Part shown: positions 29,856 through 39,778 of the stretch, piece after piece
Layout: each line of letters starts with the position of its first letter
How positions within the stretch are numbered: the stretch's first letter is position 1
Assembly: GCA_903927295.1 (NCBI GenBank)
Contig: CAIYMN010000301.1
Span: 15,857 to 79,856 of the forward strand
Length of the DNA stretch: 64,000 bases
Direction: 5' to 3'
Origin: an uncultured beta proteobacterium
GTDB lineage: Bacteria > Pseudomonadota > Gammaproteobacteria > Burkholderiales > Burkholderiaceae_C
Translations under genes and position numbers: made by a program
Notes under the pieces: model-generated
Told to the model about the DNA's origin: nothing
Seen by the model: only the letters and a program-made list of their open reading frames with translations
The model's database searches: none

Positions 29856-30830
29856 ATGCACACTTCACAATTTCGACATTCCAAGCTGTTTTTGACGCGA
29901 GCCATTGTGGGTGGGGCGCTGATATTGGGTTTGTCTGCTTGCGGCAACAAGGACGACAAGAAGACAGCCACTCAGGTGGCCGCCAAAGTAGGTTCAGAAG
30001 AGATTTCCGTGCATCAGATCAACCAGGTGCTGAGCCGCAACAGCAGCGCTGGAGCGTCCCCTGCAGCAGTGCAGGCGATGGGCCGCGAAGTGCTTGAAAA
30101 GCTCATAGACCAACAGCTCGCTGTAGAGCAGGCCACCGAGGAAAAGCTGAATCGCTCGCCCGAAGTGGTATCGCAAATAGAAGCTGCCCGGCGCGACATT
30201 CTGGCGCGCGCCTACATGCAGAAAATTGCTGGCGCACTGCCCAAACCCAGCGCTGAAGAGATCAAGAAATACTACGCCGAGCATCCGCAGCTGTTTTCGG
30301 AGCGGCGTGTCTTCAACGTCCAGGAAATTGTGGCGCCAAACTCCCCCGGCCTGGCTGATCAACTGCGCGCCCAGCTTGCCACCGGCAAGTCCGTGGTCGA
30401 CATCGCGAACTGGCTCAAAAGCAAAGACATCAAGTTTGATGGCGGTAGCGCAACACGCGCAGCTGAGCAAATTCCGCTGGAAAGGCTGGCGCAGATCCAC
30501 GCGCTTAGAGACGGCCAGAGCGTGGTGATGGAAGCGCCCCAAGCCATCACGCTGCTACGCGTGGCGTCGTCGCAATCTTCGCCAGTGGCTGAGGCAGCCG
30601 CCCTGCCGCGCATCGAGCAGTTCCTGAACAACAAGCGCGCCAGCGAGGCGGTAGCCGCCAATATCAAGCAACTGCGCGCAGCGGCCAAAATCACCTACAT
30701 GGGTGAATTTGCGAAGGCTGAAGGCGCCGCTGCTTTAGCTACCACCCCTGCCGCACCGGCTCCAGCCGAACCGGCGCCTGCTGCCAACAGCAAGACCGCC
30801 ATAGAAAAGGGTGTGGCCGGACTCAAATAG
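29856..30830 (+). CDS. epsD: EpsD family peptidyl-prolyl isomerase lipoprotein
   Basis: Lipobox LSA-C; TQVAAKVGSEEISVHQIN, LIDQQL and HPQLFSERR. Confidence 0.85.
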   Translation: MHTSQFRHSKLFLTRAIVGGALILGLSACGNKDDKKTATQVAAKVGSEEISVHQINQVLSRNSSAGASPAAVQAMGREVLEKLIDQQLAVEQATEEKLNRSPEVVSQIEAARRDILARAYMQKIAGALPKPSAEEIKKYYAEHPQLFSERRVFNVQEIVAPNSPGLADQLRAQLATGKSVVDIANWLKSKDIKFDGGSATRAAEQIPLERLAQIHALRDGQSVVMEAPQAITLLRVASSQSSPVAEAAALPRIEQFLNNKRASEAVAANIKQLRAAAKITYMGEFAKAEGAAALATTPAAPAPAEPAPAANSKTAIEKGVAGLK

Positions 30831-30867
30831 CCACCTCTGTAAATTACTTCCCGCGAACTTACTGCTC

Positions 30868-31674
30868 ATGATTCAACGCCTGCTACATCTTCCACGCATC
30901 GCCCTGGCTGCCATCCTGTTGCTGTGTGGCGCAGCACACGCGCAAAACACCGACTACCCGCTGGGCGCGGGTGATGCGATCCGGATCCAGGTGTTTCAAA
31001 ATCCCGACCTGACCATTGAAACCCGCGTCTCTGAGAATGGTTCCATCACCTACCCGTTGATTGGCGCCGTCGATCTCGGTGGACTGTCGATCGCCGTCGC
31101 CGAGAGAAAAATTGCTGATGCACTATTGGCCGGTGGCTTTATCCAGAACCCGCAGGTCAACATCGTCCTGATGCAAATTCGCGGCAACCAGGTCTCGGTC
31201 TTGGGCCAGGTCAATCGCCCCGGGCGCTTTCCTCTGGAAACCGCCAACACCCGCCTGAGCGACATGCTGGCCAATGCCGGTGGCGCCACTGTTGGTGGTG
31301 ATGACATCGCTATCGTGGTCGGCGTGCGAAACGGCAAGCAGTTTCGCAAACAGATCGACCTCCCCTCGATCTTTCTGGATGACAAACTGCAAGACAACAT
31401 TGTGTTGCAGGGCGGCGATAGCATCTACGTCCATCGAGCGGCGGTGTATTACATCTACGGCGAAGTGCAGCGCCCGGGTGGCTTTCGGATAGAGCGCGAT
31501 ATGACTGTCATGCAGGCACTGGCCCAGGGCGGCGGACCCACGGTACGCGGCAGCGAGAAGCGCTTGCGCCTACACCGCAAAGCGGCCAATGGCGGCATTC
31601 AGGAACTTGAGCCAGAGTTGACCGACCCGGTGCTGCCGAACGACGTCATTTTCGTCAAGGAGAGCATATTCTGA
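30868..31674 (+). CDS. epsE: polysaccharide export protein EpsE (Wza/OPX family)
   Basis: LGAGDAIRIQVFQNPDL, GSITYPLIG and SLBB repeats (GQVNRPGRF, GEVQRPG). Start at ATG 30868. Confidence 0.9.
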   Translation: MIQRLLHLPRIALAAILLLCGAAHAQNTDYPLGAGDAIRIQVFQNPDLTIETRVSENGSITYPLIGAVDLGGLSIAVAERKIADALLAGGFIQNPQVNIVLMQIRGNQVSVLGQVNRPGRFPLETANTRLSDMLANAGGATVGGDDIAIVVGVRNGKQFRKQIDLPSIFLDDKLQDNIVLQGGDSIYVHRAAVYYIYGEVQRPGGFRIERDMTVMQALAQGGGPTVRGSEKRLRLHRKAANGGIQELEPELTDPVLPNDVIFVKESIF

Positions 31675-31690
31675 AGTCCACACTCCGACC

Positions 31691-33091
31691 ATGACGCTCC
31701 AGCAATTCCTGCTCATCCTGCGCGCCCGCTACCGCGTGGCGCTGCTCGCGTTCGCGGCGACGGTATTGACCACGTTGATCGTCAGCCTGCTGCTACCCAA
31801 GCAATACACCGCCAGCGCTGCCATGGTGGTAGATGTCAAATCGCCGGACGCCGTGAGCGGCATGTTGCTGCAGAGCATGCTGGCACCCGGCTATATGTCG
31901 ACGCAAATCGACATCATCAACAGCGACCGGGTGGCCAAAAGCGTGGTGAAGTTGCTGCGCATGGACGAGAGCGCAGTTATCAAGGCGCAGTGGCAGGAGG
32001 CCACCGAAGGCAAGGGGCAGATGATTGACTGGCTGGCCAATCTGCTGCAAAAAAAGTTGGACGTCAAGCCATCGCGTGAGAGCAACGTCATCAGCATCAA
32101 CTACACAGGCGCCGACCCGGACTTTACGGCTGCCGTAGCCAACGCCTTTGCGCAGTCCTATATGGATGTCAATCTGGAACTGCGCTTGGCACCGGCGCGT
32201 CAATATGCCACCTTTTTTGACGCACAAACCAAAGCGGCACGGGAGAAGCTTGAAGTAGCGCAAAAGGCACTCTCCGCGTACCAGCAAAAAAACGGCATTA
32301 CTTCCATCGACGAGCGGCTCGACTTTGAAACCGCCAAGCTCAACGAGACCTCAAGTCAACTCACCGGCATCGAGGGTCAAACCACCGATAGCCAGAGCAA
32401 GCGCCAAAACGCCAAGGCCGACACCGTTGCCGAGGTGATGCAAAGCTCTCTCATCAACGGTCTGAAGATGGACATTGCACGGGTCGAAGCGAAGCTGACC
32501 GAGAGCAATATAAACCTGGGCAAGAACCACCCACAGACCCAGCGTACCGAGTCAGAGCTCGCGACACTCAAGACCCAATTGGAAGCAGAAACCCGCAAAA
32601 TAACCAGTTCAATCGAGACAACTTACCAGGTTGGAAAACAGCGCGAGAAGCAGCTCAAGAGCGCGCTATCCACACAAAAAAGCCGAGTCCTGAAAATCAA
32701 CAAGCAGCGCGACGAGCTCAATGTGCTGCGGCGCGACATCGAATCGGCCCAACGCGCCTTTGAGATGGTGAGCCAACGAGCCTCGCAAACCAACATCGAG
32801 AGCCAGACCAACCAGACCAATATCATGGTCCTTAACCCGGCCTCTGCGCCTACGGAGCCATCCAAGCCACGCGTGCTTCTGAACGTATTGGTTTCAATCT
32901 TCATGGGTACTGTGTTAGGCATCGGCCTCGCGCTGATGCGGGAACTGAGCCAGCGCTACGTTCGCTCGGCACAAGACCTGACCGACGCGCTGGAGCTGCC
33001 GGTGCTTGGTAGCATAGGGTCTGCGGTGGCACCGCGCAAACCGTGGGTTAAACCTTGGCTGAATCGCTTGCCGCGGAGAGTACGCGCGTGA
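31691..33091 (+). CDS. epsF: chain length determinant EpsF (PCP/Wzc periplasmic part)
   Basis: Two TMs flanking a coiled coil; YMSTQIDII, LGKNHP and PSKPR. Confidence 0.88.
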   Translation: MTLQQFLLILRARYRVALLAFAATVLTTLIVSLLLPKQYTASAAMVVDVKSPDAVSGMLLQSMLAPGYMSTQIDIINSDRVAKSVVKLLRMDESAVIKAQWQEATEGKGQMIDWLANLLQKKLDVKPSRESNVISINYTGADPDFTAAVANAFAQSYMDVNLELRLAPARQYATFFDAQTKAAREKLEVAQKALSAYQQKNGITSIDERLDFETAKLNETSSQLTGIEGQTTDSQSKRQNAKADTVAEVMQSSLINGLKMDIARVEAKLTESNINLGKNHPQTQRTESELATLKTQLEAETRKITSSIETTYQVGKQREKQLKSALSTQKSRVLKINKQRDELNVLRRDIESAQRAFEMVSQRASQTNIESQTNQTNIMVLNPASAPTEPSKPRVLLNVLVSIFMGTVLGIGLALMRELSQRYVRSAQDLTDALELPVLGSIGSAVAPRKPWVKPWLNRLPRRVRA

Positions 33092-33957
33092 ATACCGCCT
33101 TCCCATCAAGCACCAGACGCTCCATTGGCGACATCCTGGTAGCGGCCGGGCGCCTTAGCAGCGCGGACGCAAGCCTCATCATGGAACATCAGCGGCAACA
33201 CCAGATTCAGTTTGGCGACGCCGCCATTGCCTTGAAGCTACTCACCGAGGAAGACATTGCCTTTGCCTTGTCCAAACAGTTTGACTACGCTTACCTGAGC
33301 CCCAGCGACACCAGTTTGAGCACTGATTTGGTATCAGCCTACAAACCCTTCAGCCCGATAGCTGAGAACCTGCGCGCCGTGCGCAGCCAACTGATGTTGC
33401 GCTGGTTTAATAGCGACCCGCTGCACAAAGTACTGGCGATAGTGAGCCCCGGCAAAGGGGACGGCCGCAGCTTCATTGCCGCCAACCTGTCCATCGTATT
33501 CGCGCAACAGGGGCAGCGTACCTTGTTGCTCGACGCCGACCTGCGCGCCGCAGCTGGTGGTGGTCAGCATGCGCTGTTCAAGTTAGGCAAGGGTGCTGGC
33601 CTGTCCGGCATATTGGCGGGCCGCGCCAACCTGGATGTAGCCGCCCTGCCGGTACCCGGTCTGCCGGGCCTGACCGTGCTGCCTACGGGTGCTTTGCCGC
33701 CCAATCCGCAAGAATTGCTGGGCCGTCCCGAATTTGGCCAACTGCTTGGCAGCGCCGCCCAGCAGTTTGATGTGATCATCATCGACACCCCCGCCGATAA
33801 CGACTTTGCCGATGCCGAGATCATCTCCGCCCGCGCTGGTGCCGCGTTGATGCTGGCTCGCAAAAACAAGAGCCTACTACCCAACGTCGCCCTGCTGGCG
33901 AAGCGCTTGCAAGAAGGTGGCGTGACACTGGTGGGCTCCGTGCTCAACGATGGATAA
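33088..33957 (+). CDS. epsG: chain length determinant tyrosine kinase-like EpsG
   Basis: ENLRAVRSQL, P-loop GDGRS, LLDADLR, PPNPQELL and IIDTP. GTG start overlaps the epsF stop. Confidence 0.88.
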   Translation: MNTAFPSSTRRSIGDILVAAGRLSSADASLIMEHQRQHQIQFGDAAIALKLLTEEDIAFALSKQFDYAYLSPSDTSLSTDLVSAYKPFSPIAENLRAVRSQLMLRWFNSDPLHKVLAIVSPGKGDGRSFIAANLSIVFAQQGQRTLLLDADLRAAAGGGQHALFKLGKGAGLSGILAGRANLDVAALPVPGLPGLTVLPTGALPPNPQELLGRPEFGQLLGSAAQQFDVIIIDTPADNDFADAEIISARAGAALMLARKNKSLLPNVALLAKRLQEGGVTLVGSVLNDG

Positions 33958-34891
33958 CCCTTCGCCCTTGCAACCGACGCGCGGCAATTCATCCACCTGT
34001 CATGCCGGACCCGATCCGGCATCCAGCGCCCCGACCAACCCCTGGCGCGCCGAACTTCTCCCCTGGCTGCCCATCATCCTGGGCCTGGCCGTCATGTACG
34101 TGCCCAGTCTGTACGACCTGTTCAAAGGTGTCTGGAGTGATGACGAGCAAGCTCACGGCCCCATCATCCTCGGCATTTCCTGTTGGCTGATGTATCGCAA
34201 ATGGCCCGAAATGGCCGGCGCCGACGATGGCAAACCAACGCATCTGTCAGGGTGGACTTTTCTCGGGTTTGGCTTGTTGACCTACGCACTTGGCAGATCA
34301 CAAGCCATCCTGCAGATGGAAATTGGCTCATTGGTGCCTGTGTTGATAGGCTTGATCCTGCTTCTACGTGGCACAGCAACGCTTCACCGCCTTTGGTTTC
34401 CGCTATTCTTCATGTTGTTCATGATCCCATTGCCAGGTGTATTGGTTCAGGCCATCACTATCCCTCTAAAGACCGCTGTCTCCATCGTCGCCGCCCAAGT
34501 CCTGTATCAGTTTGACTACCCCATTGCCCGATCCGGTGTCATTTTGCAAGTAGGGCAATACCAATTGCTGGTGGCAGATGCCTGTGCCGGCTTGCACACA
34601 CTCTTTACGCTTGAAGCCCTGGGACTGCTCTACATGAACCTGATGGGTCATGCGTCTCTCAAGAGGAATATCACGCTCGCTTTGCTCATTGTGCCAATCT
34701 CGTTTACGTCCAACGTCATTCGAGTCTTGATACTGATATTGGTCACCTATCACCTGGGTGACGCTGCGGGCCAAGGCTTCTTGCATGGATTTGCCGGCAT
34801 GACACTTTTCTTGAGCGCACTGATGCTTATCCTCGGTGTCGATACCGTTATTGGACGATTCATGAAAGACCAGACTCAGCGTGTTGCCTAG
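33950..34891 (+). CDS. xrtB: exosortase B (EpsH)
   Basis: Multi-TM protein with VADACAGLHTL (Cys), NVIRV (Arg) and FLHGFAG (His). Confidence 0.9.
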   Translation: MDNPSPLQPTRGNSSTCHAGPDPASSAPTNPWRAELLPWLPIILGLAVMYVPSLYDLFKGVWSDDEQAHGPIILGISCWLMYRKWPEMAGADDGKPTHLSGWTFLGFGLLTYALGRSQAILQMEIGSLVPVLIGLILLLRGTATLHRLWFPLFFMLFMIPLPGVLVQAITIPLKTAVSIVAAQVLYQFDYPIARSGVILQVGQYQLLVADACAGLHTLFTLEALGLLYMNLMGHASLKRNITLALLIVPISFTSNVIRVLILILVTYHLGDAAGQGFLHGFAGMTLFLSALMLILGVDTVIGRFMKDQTQRVA

Positions 34892-35579
34892 CCAAGACCA
34901 CCGTCCCTCCCCAAAGCTAGCCTTAGCAGTTGCTGGCTTGATGCTGGCATCGGCATTGGCTGCAAAGATTCTCACCCCAACAAAACATCTGGCCGACGCA
35001 AGACCGAAAATTCAGCTTGAGCAGCAAATACCCAAAGCTTTTGGCGATTGGCAAGAAGACCCAACACTGGTCCCTGTATTGCCAAATCCACAAGTCCAAG
35101 CCAAGCTGGACACACTCTATTCGTCCACCTTGGCGCGGACCTACCGTAATAAAGTGGGCCAGCGTGTCATGCTCTCGATTGCCTACGGTAGCGACCAAAG
35201 CTCAGAGGCAACAGCCGTTCACAGACCGGAGTTCTGCTATAGCTCTCAAGGCTTCAAAGTCACCAATCTGGGCGAAACCGTTGTCGCTATTGCTTCCCGG
35301 CAAATCAGCGTCCAAAGGTTGCTCGCCGAGATGGGGCCGCGCAATGAAGTCATCACCTATTGGATTACCATGGACGAAGTCGCAACCCTGCCTGGTCTCA
35401 ACCGCAAGTACGAGCAAATCCGATATGGTCTGAAGGGTCTGATACCCGACGGTATGTTGTTTCGCGTCTCATCCCTCGGGAGTAGTCAGGCGGACAGCAT
35501 TAAATTGCAAAACCAGTTTCTCAATGATTTGGCGGCCAGCATGTCTTCCGCAGTCCTGAACCGATACTTTGGCGTCTAG
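34881..35579 (+). CDS. epsI: exosortase-associated protein EpsI
   Basis: LARTY, MLSIAYG, VHRPEFCY and PDGMLFRVSS; follows xrtB. Confidence 0.87.
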   Translation: MLPSQDHRPSPKLALAVAGLMLASALAAKILTPTKHLADARPKIQLEQQIPKAFGDWQEDPTLVPVLPNPQVQAKLDTLYSSTLARTYRNKVGQRVMLSIAYGSDQSSEATAVHRPEFCYSSQGFKVTNLGETVVAIASRQISVQRLLAEMGPRNEVITYWITMDEVATLPGLNRKYEQIRYGLKGLIPDGMLFRVSSLGSSQADSIKLQNQFLNDLAASMSSAVLNRYFGV

Positions 35580-35580
35580 C

Positions 35581-36363
35581 ATGAAACTATTGTTCATCAC
35601 GTATCACCGCACAGTTGCGGAACCTGAGACCGATGATGTGCATACACTGACCTTCAACCAGTTTGCTCGGCATGTCAAACTGATCCAGCAAGCGGGCGTA
35701 ACGGTTGCCGGCACCCACGTGCTTGAAAGGGATCAGCCTGACCCTGGCCACCAAATCGTGATTACCTTTGACGACGGCAACAAAAGCGACCTCGTCAATG
35801 CAGAATTGCTGGTACGCCACGGCATGACTGCCATGTTCTTCATATCAACCGCCAATATTGGGCGCGACGGCTACCTGGATGAAGATGACATCCGCAAACT
35901 GGATGGTATGGGCATGCTCATCGGATCACACTCACACCAACACAAACGCCTGAACAAGTTGCCAACAGCCGAGGCACGCACACAACTCAAAACATCAAAG
36001 CAGTGCCTTGAGGCCATCCTGGGTCACTCCGTGCAATACATTGCCTTTCCGGGCGGTGGCTATAGCAGCAGCGTCGTCGCCATGGCGACTGAACTTGGCT
36101 TTCGCCACATGATGACAACTGACTGGGGTGTCAACACGGCGACCCATGATTCGAAGAAGAGGCATCTCTACAAACGAAACAATATCATGAAGAACATGCC
36201 TGACAGCGAATTTATTCGCTTGATTACGCTGAAGTCTAGACTGCGAAGAGGACTAACGTTTTTCTTAAAGCGGTTGCTACGTGCCTCGCTGCCAGAAAAT
36301 TCGTATGGTGTCATACGAAAACTTGTTATGAGTAGCAACACAATCAACAAGTCATCAAATTGA
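35581..36363 (+). CDS. polysaccharide deacetylase family protein
   Basis: ITYH, ITFDDG, GSHSHQH and AFPGG. Confidence 0.85.
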   Translation: MKLLFITYHRTVAEPETDDVHTLTFNQFARHVKLIQQAGVTVAGTHVLERDQPDPGHQIVITFDDGNKSDLVNAELLVRHGMTAMFFISTANIGRDGYLDEDDIRKLDGMGMLIGSHSHQHKRLNKLPTAEARTQLKTSKQCLEAILGHSVQYIAFPGGGYSSSVVAMATELGFRHMMTTDWGVNTATHDSKKRHLYKRNNIMKNMPDSEFIRLITLKSRLRRGLTFFLKRLLRASLPENSYGVIRKLVMSSNTINKSSN

Positions 36364-36366
36364 GAA

Positions 36367-37098
36367 GTGCAATTGAGCGATTTCTATCAACGACTATTTT
36401 GGATGCTCGTAGGGCGCCGTCAGGTTGCCAATTCAACCAAGAACTACTGGGCAAGTGTCTGGAGTTTTGCTGATCAAGAGTGTCGTTGGGCGCCCGGCGT
36501 CAAGATCTATCGTGGCGCCAAACTCAGACACACGTCACTTGGTAGCATGTCATATGTGGCAGAAGGTGCACAACTCGGATTTTGTGAAGTAGGCGCATAT
36601 TCCAGTGTTGGGCCCCAATCGCTAGTAGGCGGAATGGGTAAGCACCCCTCACGCTACATCAGCACTCATCCGAGTTTTTATTCGACACAACTTCGGGCTG
36701 GGAAGACGTTTGCATCTGAAAATATGTTTGAAGAAATAGAGGGCACTCTTATCGGCAACGATGTATGGATAGGTGCGCGCGCTATTGTCCTAGACGGATG
36801 CAAGATAGGTGATGGGGCTATCGTAGCCGCAGGAGCGGTCGTAACCAAAGATGTTCCTCCATACACAATTGTTGGTGGAACGCCGGCCAGGAACATTGGC
36901 CAAAGATTCACGCCCGCAGTTGTAATGGAACTCCAGTCATGGCGTTGGTGGACGTTGCCTGAAGATGTTCTGGCTAAATTGGCCAGAGAATTTTGCAGAT
37001 CATCCGACTGGAGTACTGCGGACGTGCTCCGCCTTCGGACGATGTCTGAGAAATTACTTACCGCCGTCACACCCGTTAACTGTCACCATGATGATTGA
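36367..37098 (+). CDS. CatB-related hexapeptide-repeat O-acetyltransferase
   Basis: [32 protein letters not shown] and WRWW. Confidence 0.87.
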   Translation: MQLSDFYQRLFWMLVGRRQVANSTKNYWASVWSFADQECRWAPGVKIYRGAKLRHTSLGSMSYVAEGAQLGFCEVGAYSSVGPQSLVGGMGKHPSRYISTHPSFYSTQLRAGKTFASENMFEEIEGTLIGNDVWIGARAIVLDGCKIGDGAIVAAGAVVTKDVPPYTIVGGTPARNIGQRFTPAVVMELQSWRWWTLPEDVLAKLAREFCRSSDWSTADVLRLRTMSEKLLTAVTPVNCHHDD

Positions 37099-37171
37099 AA
37101 TAGTGACAAGGGGCTACACATCGAACGGATCGTCGATCACTATCAACGTTTGTCAACAGAATCATTTGTAA

Positions 37172-38521
37172 ATGCATGACCTTGCCCTGATAGATTGCCT
37201 TAAACGCTTCGTTGGAGTTCTGGATCATCAAGGGATTATTTGGTGCGTACTGCGCAACTACGAATCCTTCCCACACCCGCGCTCGGACACAAGCGACATC
37301 GATCTCATTCTGGACTGCAAGCCAGACGTGGTCCTTAGTATTTTGAAAGAAGTCGCGCACAAGCCCATTCGGGTTGGCGCAGCTGTATTTCGGCGCGGTG
37401 GTGACGTGATCAGCATCTACCTCGCCCTGCCCAACAGCCCTGCGCTACACATTGACTTCATGTTCTCTATTGGATGGCTTGGGCGAGATCTAGTATCTTC
37501 GAAGGTGCTTCTAACCAACCGAAAATTTGTCAACACGACACCGATCCCTTCAAAGGGGCACGAGGCAGCAGTTTCAATGGTTAACTACCTGTTGCACCGC
37601 GGGCACGTCAAAGAAAATTATCGGATAACGATTCAGTCATCCGTGAAAGAGAATAGGAACGAATTCATCCAGTGTTTGGCCCCAGTCTGGGGAGCAAGTA
37701 CGTCACAAGAATTGGCGGATCGAGCCATTGTTGGCGATTGGAACTGGTTTGTTGAATGGGTGTGCAAAGCAAGGACGAGGCTAATGCTAAGCGCTTGGAA
37801 AAAACCCTTCTCCGCTTTGGCCGCAATGCTGATCTACGCTGCCAACACGGCGCGCCGAATCCTACAACCGCCGGGTCTATGGGTGGCTTTTCTAGGGCCG
37901 GATGGATGTGGCAAGACGACCGTGAGCGACGCATACTGCGTCCGCCTAAACACGCTATTCTTTGAAGAAAAGCAATGCCATTTGCACTGGCGTCCGGGCT
38001 GGCTTCCCGCACCCAGCAAACTCATGCACAGGAAGATGAATCCGATTGATATAACCCAACCACATGCGATGCCGCCATATGGCGTTGTGCATTCTTTAGC
38101 ACGATTATTCTATTTTTGGCTCGACTTTGTCATCGGTCACTGGCTCAAGGTGCGCCCCGTGCTCGCAAAGGGTGGCTTGGTGACCTTTGACCGCTACTAC
38201 CAAGACTTTCTGATAGACCCACGGCGCTATCGCCTGAAGCTTCCGGCGTGGTTGCTGCGCGCGAGTTTACTGGTCGTGCCGCAACCGGAACTTGTGTTTG
38301 TGCTTGATGCCCCCGCCGAGGTGCTACACGGGCGCAAACAGGAACTACCCCAGACAGAGATTGCCGCTCAGCTTGAGGCCTTGCGTCGCCTCAGCAAAGG
38401 GAACCCCTCAGCGCGCATCATCAACGTCGACCGGTCCCTCAGCGCGATCATCGATGAATTGGAGATTGAAACCCTCAACTACCTGGATCGCCGAAACCGT
38501 CACCAACTGGGGTGGAAGTAA
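37172..38521 (+). CDS. nucleotidyltransferase-like plus thymidylate-kinase-like fusion protein
   Basis: N-terminal VLRNY..SDIDL; C-terminal P-loop GPDGCGKTT, FDRYY and lid-like RKQEL. Confidence 0.7.
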   Translation: MHDLALIDCLKRFVGVLDHQGIIWCVLRNYESFPHPRSDTSDIDLILDCKPDVVLSILKEVAHKPIRVGAAVFRRGGDVISIYLALPNSPALHIDFMFSIGWLGRDLVSSKVLLTNRKFVNTTPIPSKGHEAAVSMVNYLLHRGHVKENYRITIQSSVKENRNEFIQCLAPVWGASTSQELADRAIVGDWNWFVEWVCKARTRLMLSAWKKPFSALAAMLIYAANTARRILQPPGLWVAFLGPDGCGKTTVSDAYCVRLNTLFFEEKQCHLHWRPGWLPAPSKLMHRKMNPIDITQPHAMPPYGVVHSLARLFYFWLDFVIGHWLKVRPVLAKGGLVTFDRYYQDFLIDPRRYRLKLPAWLLRASLLVVPQPELVFVLDAPAEVLHGRKQELPQTEIAAQLEALRRLSKGNPSARIINVDRSLSAIIDELEIETLNYLDRRNRHQLGWK

Positions 38522-39778
38522 TTGGCTCCATTGCGCGTACTTCTCTCAGCCTATGCATGCGAACCTGGCAAGGGCTCGGAACCGGGAGTGGGCTGGAACT
38601 GGGCCCTGGCGCTGGCAAGACGGGGACACGAGGTCTGGGTTATCACACGCAGCAACAACCGTTCACTCATCGAGCAGGAGCTACCAAATTTGGACTATGC
38701 GGTTCGTACCCGGCTGCATTTCATCTATTACGACCTGCCGGCATGGGCGCGGTGGTGGAAAAAGGGTAGACGCGGTGTACATCTTTACTACCTGCTCTGG
38801 CAATGGGGCGCCTACCGGATGGGTCGACACTGGCACTCGAACATCGCCTTCGATCTGGTTCATCATGTCACCTTCGTTAGCGCTCGCCAACCCAGCTTTA
38901 TGGGTAACCTGGGAATACCCTTCGTCTTCGGCCCGGTCGCCGGTGGCGAACGCGCCCCCCTTCGCTTACGGTATGGATACAGTTGGCACGGTTGGGTGAA
39001 TGACTTCTTGCGGGATGTGTCCAACACGCTGATTCAATTCGATCCACTTGTGCGGCGCGCTTTCCAGCAAGCGGTGCACATTTATGCAACCACTAAAGAA
39101 ACTTACAGCCTGATCCCGCGCCGCCATCAGCACAAAGCTTCGATTCAACTCGCCATTGCCTTAGAACAGAGACCCGGTGTCGACCTGAAAAAGCCTCCCC
39201 CACGAATACTTAATCCTTCAGCGCTGCGTATCCTGTACGTTGGGCAATTCGTATCGTGGAAGGGCGTGCAGTTCGGCATCCAGGCTTTTGCCAAATTGCA
39301 GATGGTTTACCCGGACACACGACTGACCATCGTTGGAAAAGGATTTGAGGATGAAAATTGGCGCAGATTGGCAAAGAATCTGAAAGTTGACCACCATATC
39401 ACCTGGATCCCCTGGATGCCGCAGTCCAAACTTGCAACGCTGTATTGCGATCACGATGTCTTCTTGTTCCCCAGCCTGCACGACTCCGGCGGCATGGTGG
39501 TGCTGGAAGCCATGTCGTATGGACTGCCCGTCATTTGCTTGGATCTGGGCGGACCGGCTGTAATGGTCGACCCCAGTTGCGGTCGAGTCATCAATGTAAC
39601 TGCAGCCTCTGGCCAGTTGGTCGTGCAACGCATCTTGGCTGCACTCATCGAGTGCAGCAACAGCCCTGATTTGGTTGACCAACTGGGCAAAGGTGCATTG
39701 GCCCGTTCGCTTGCGTTCTCCTGGGATCAAATGGCTCACAGAATTTACGGGCCGCTGGAAACCACAGCGACAAAATGA
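38522..39778 (+). CDS. glycosyltransferase family 4
   Basis: SAYACEPGKGSEPGVGW, KG motif and FPSLHDSGGMVVLEAM. Confidence 0.9.
   Translation: MAPLRVLLSAYACEPGKGSEPGVGWNWALALARRGHEVWVITRSNNRSLIEQELPNLDYAVRTRLHFIYYDLPAWARWWKKGRRGVHLYYLLWQWGAYRMGRHWHSNIAFDLVHHVTFVSARQPSFMGNLGIPFVFGPVAGGERAPLRLRYGYSWHGWVNDFLRDVSNTLIQFDPLVRRAFQQAVHIYATTKETYSLIPRRHQHKASIQLAIALEQRPGVDLKKPPPRILNPSALRILYVGQFVSWKGVQFGIQAFAKLQMVYPDTRLTIVGKGFEDENWRRLAKNLKVDHHITWIPWMPQSKLATLYCDHDVFLFPSLHDSGGMVVLEAMSYGLPVICLDLGGPAVMVDPSCGRVINVTAASGQLVVQRILAALIECSNSPDLVDQLGKGALARSLAFSWDQMAHRIYGPLETTATK

Noticed and set aside
36367-37098. Antibiotic-resistance reading of the CatB-like gene (and of the APH-like gene at 43122)
   Set aside because: Both are embedded in the EPS operon; the folds are shared with glycan-modifying enzymes
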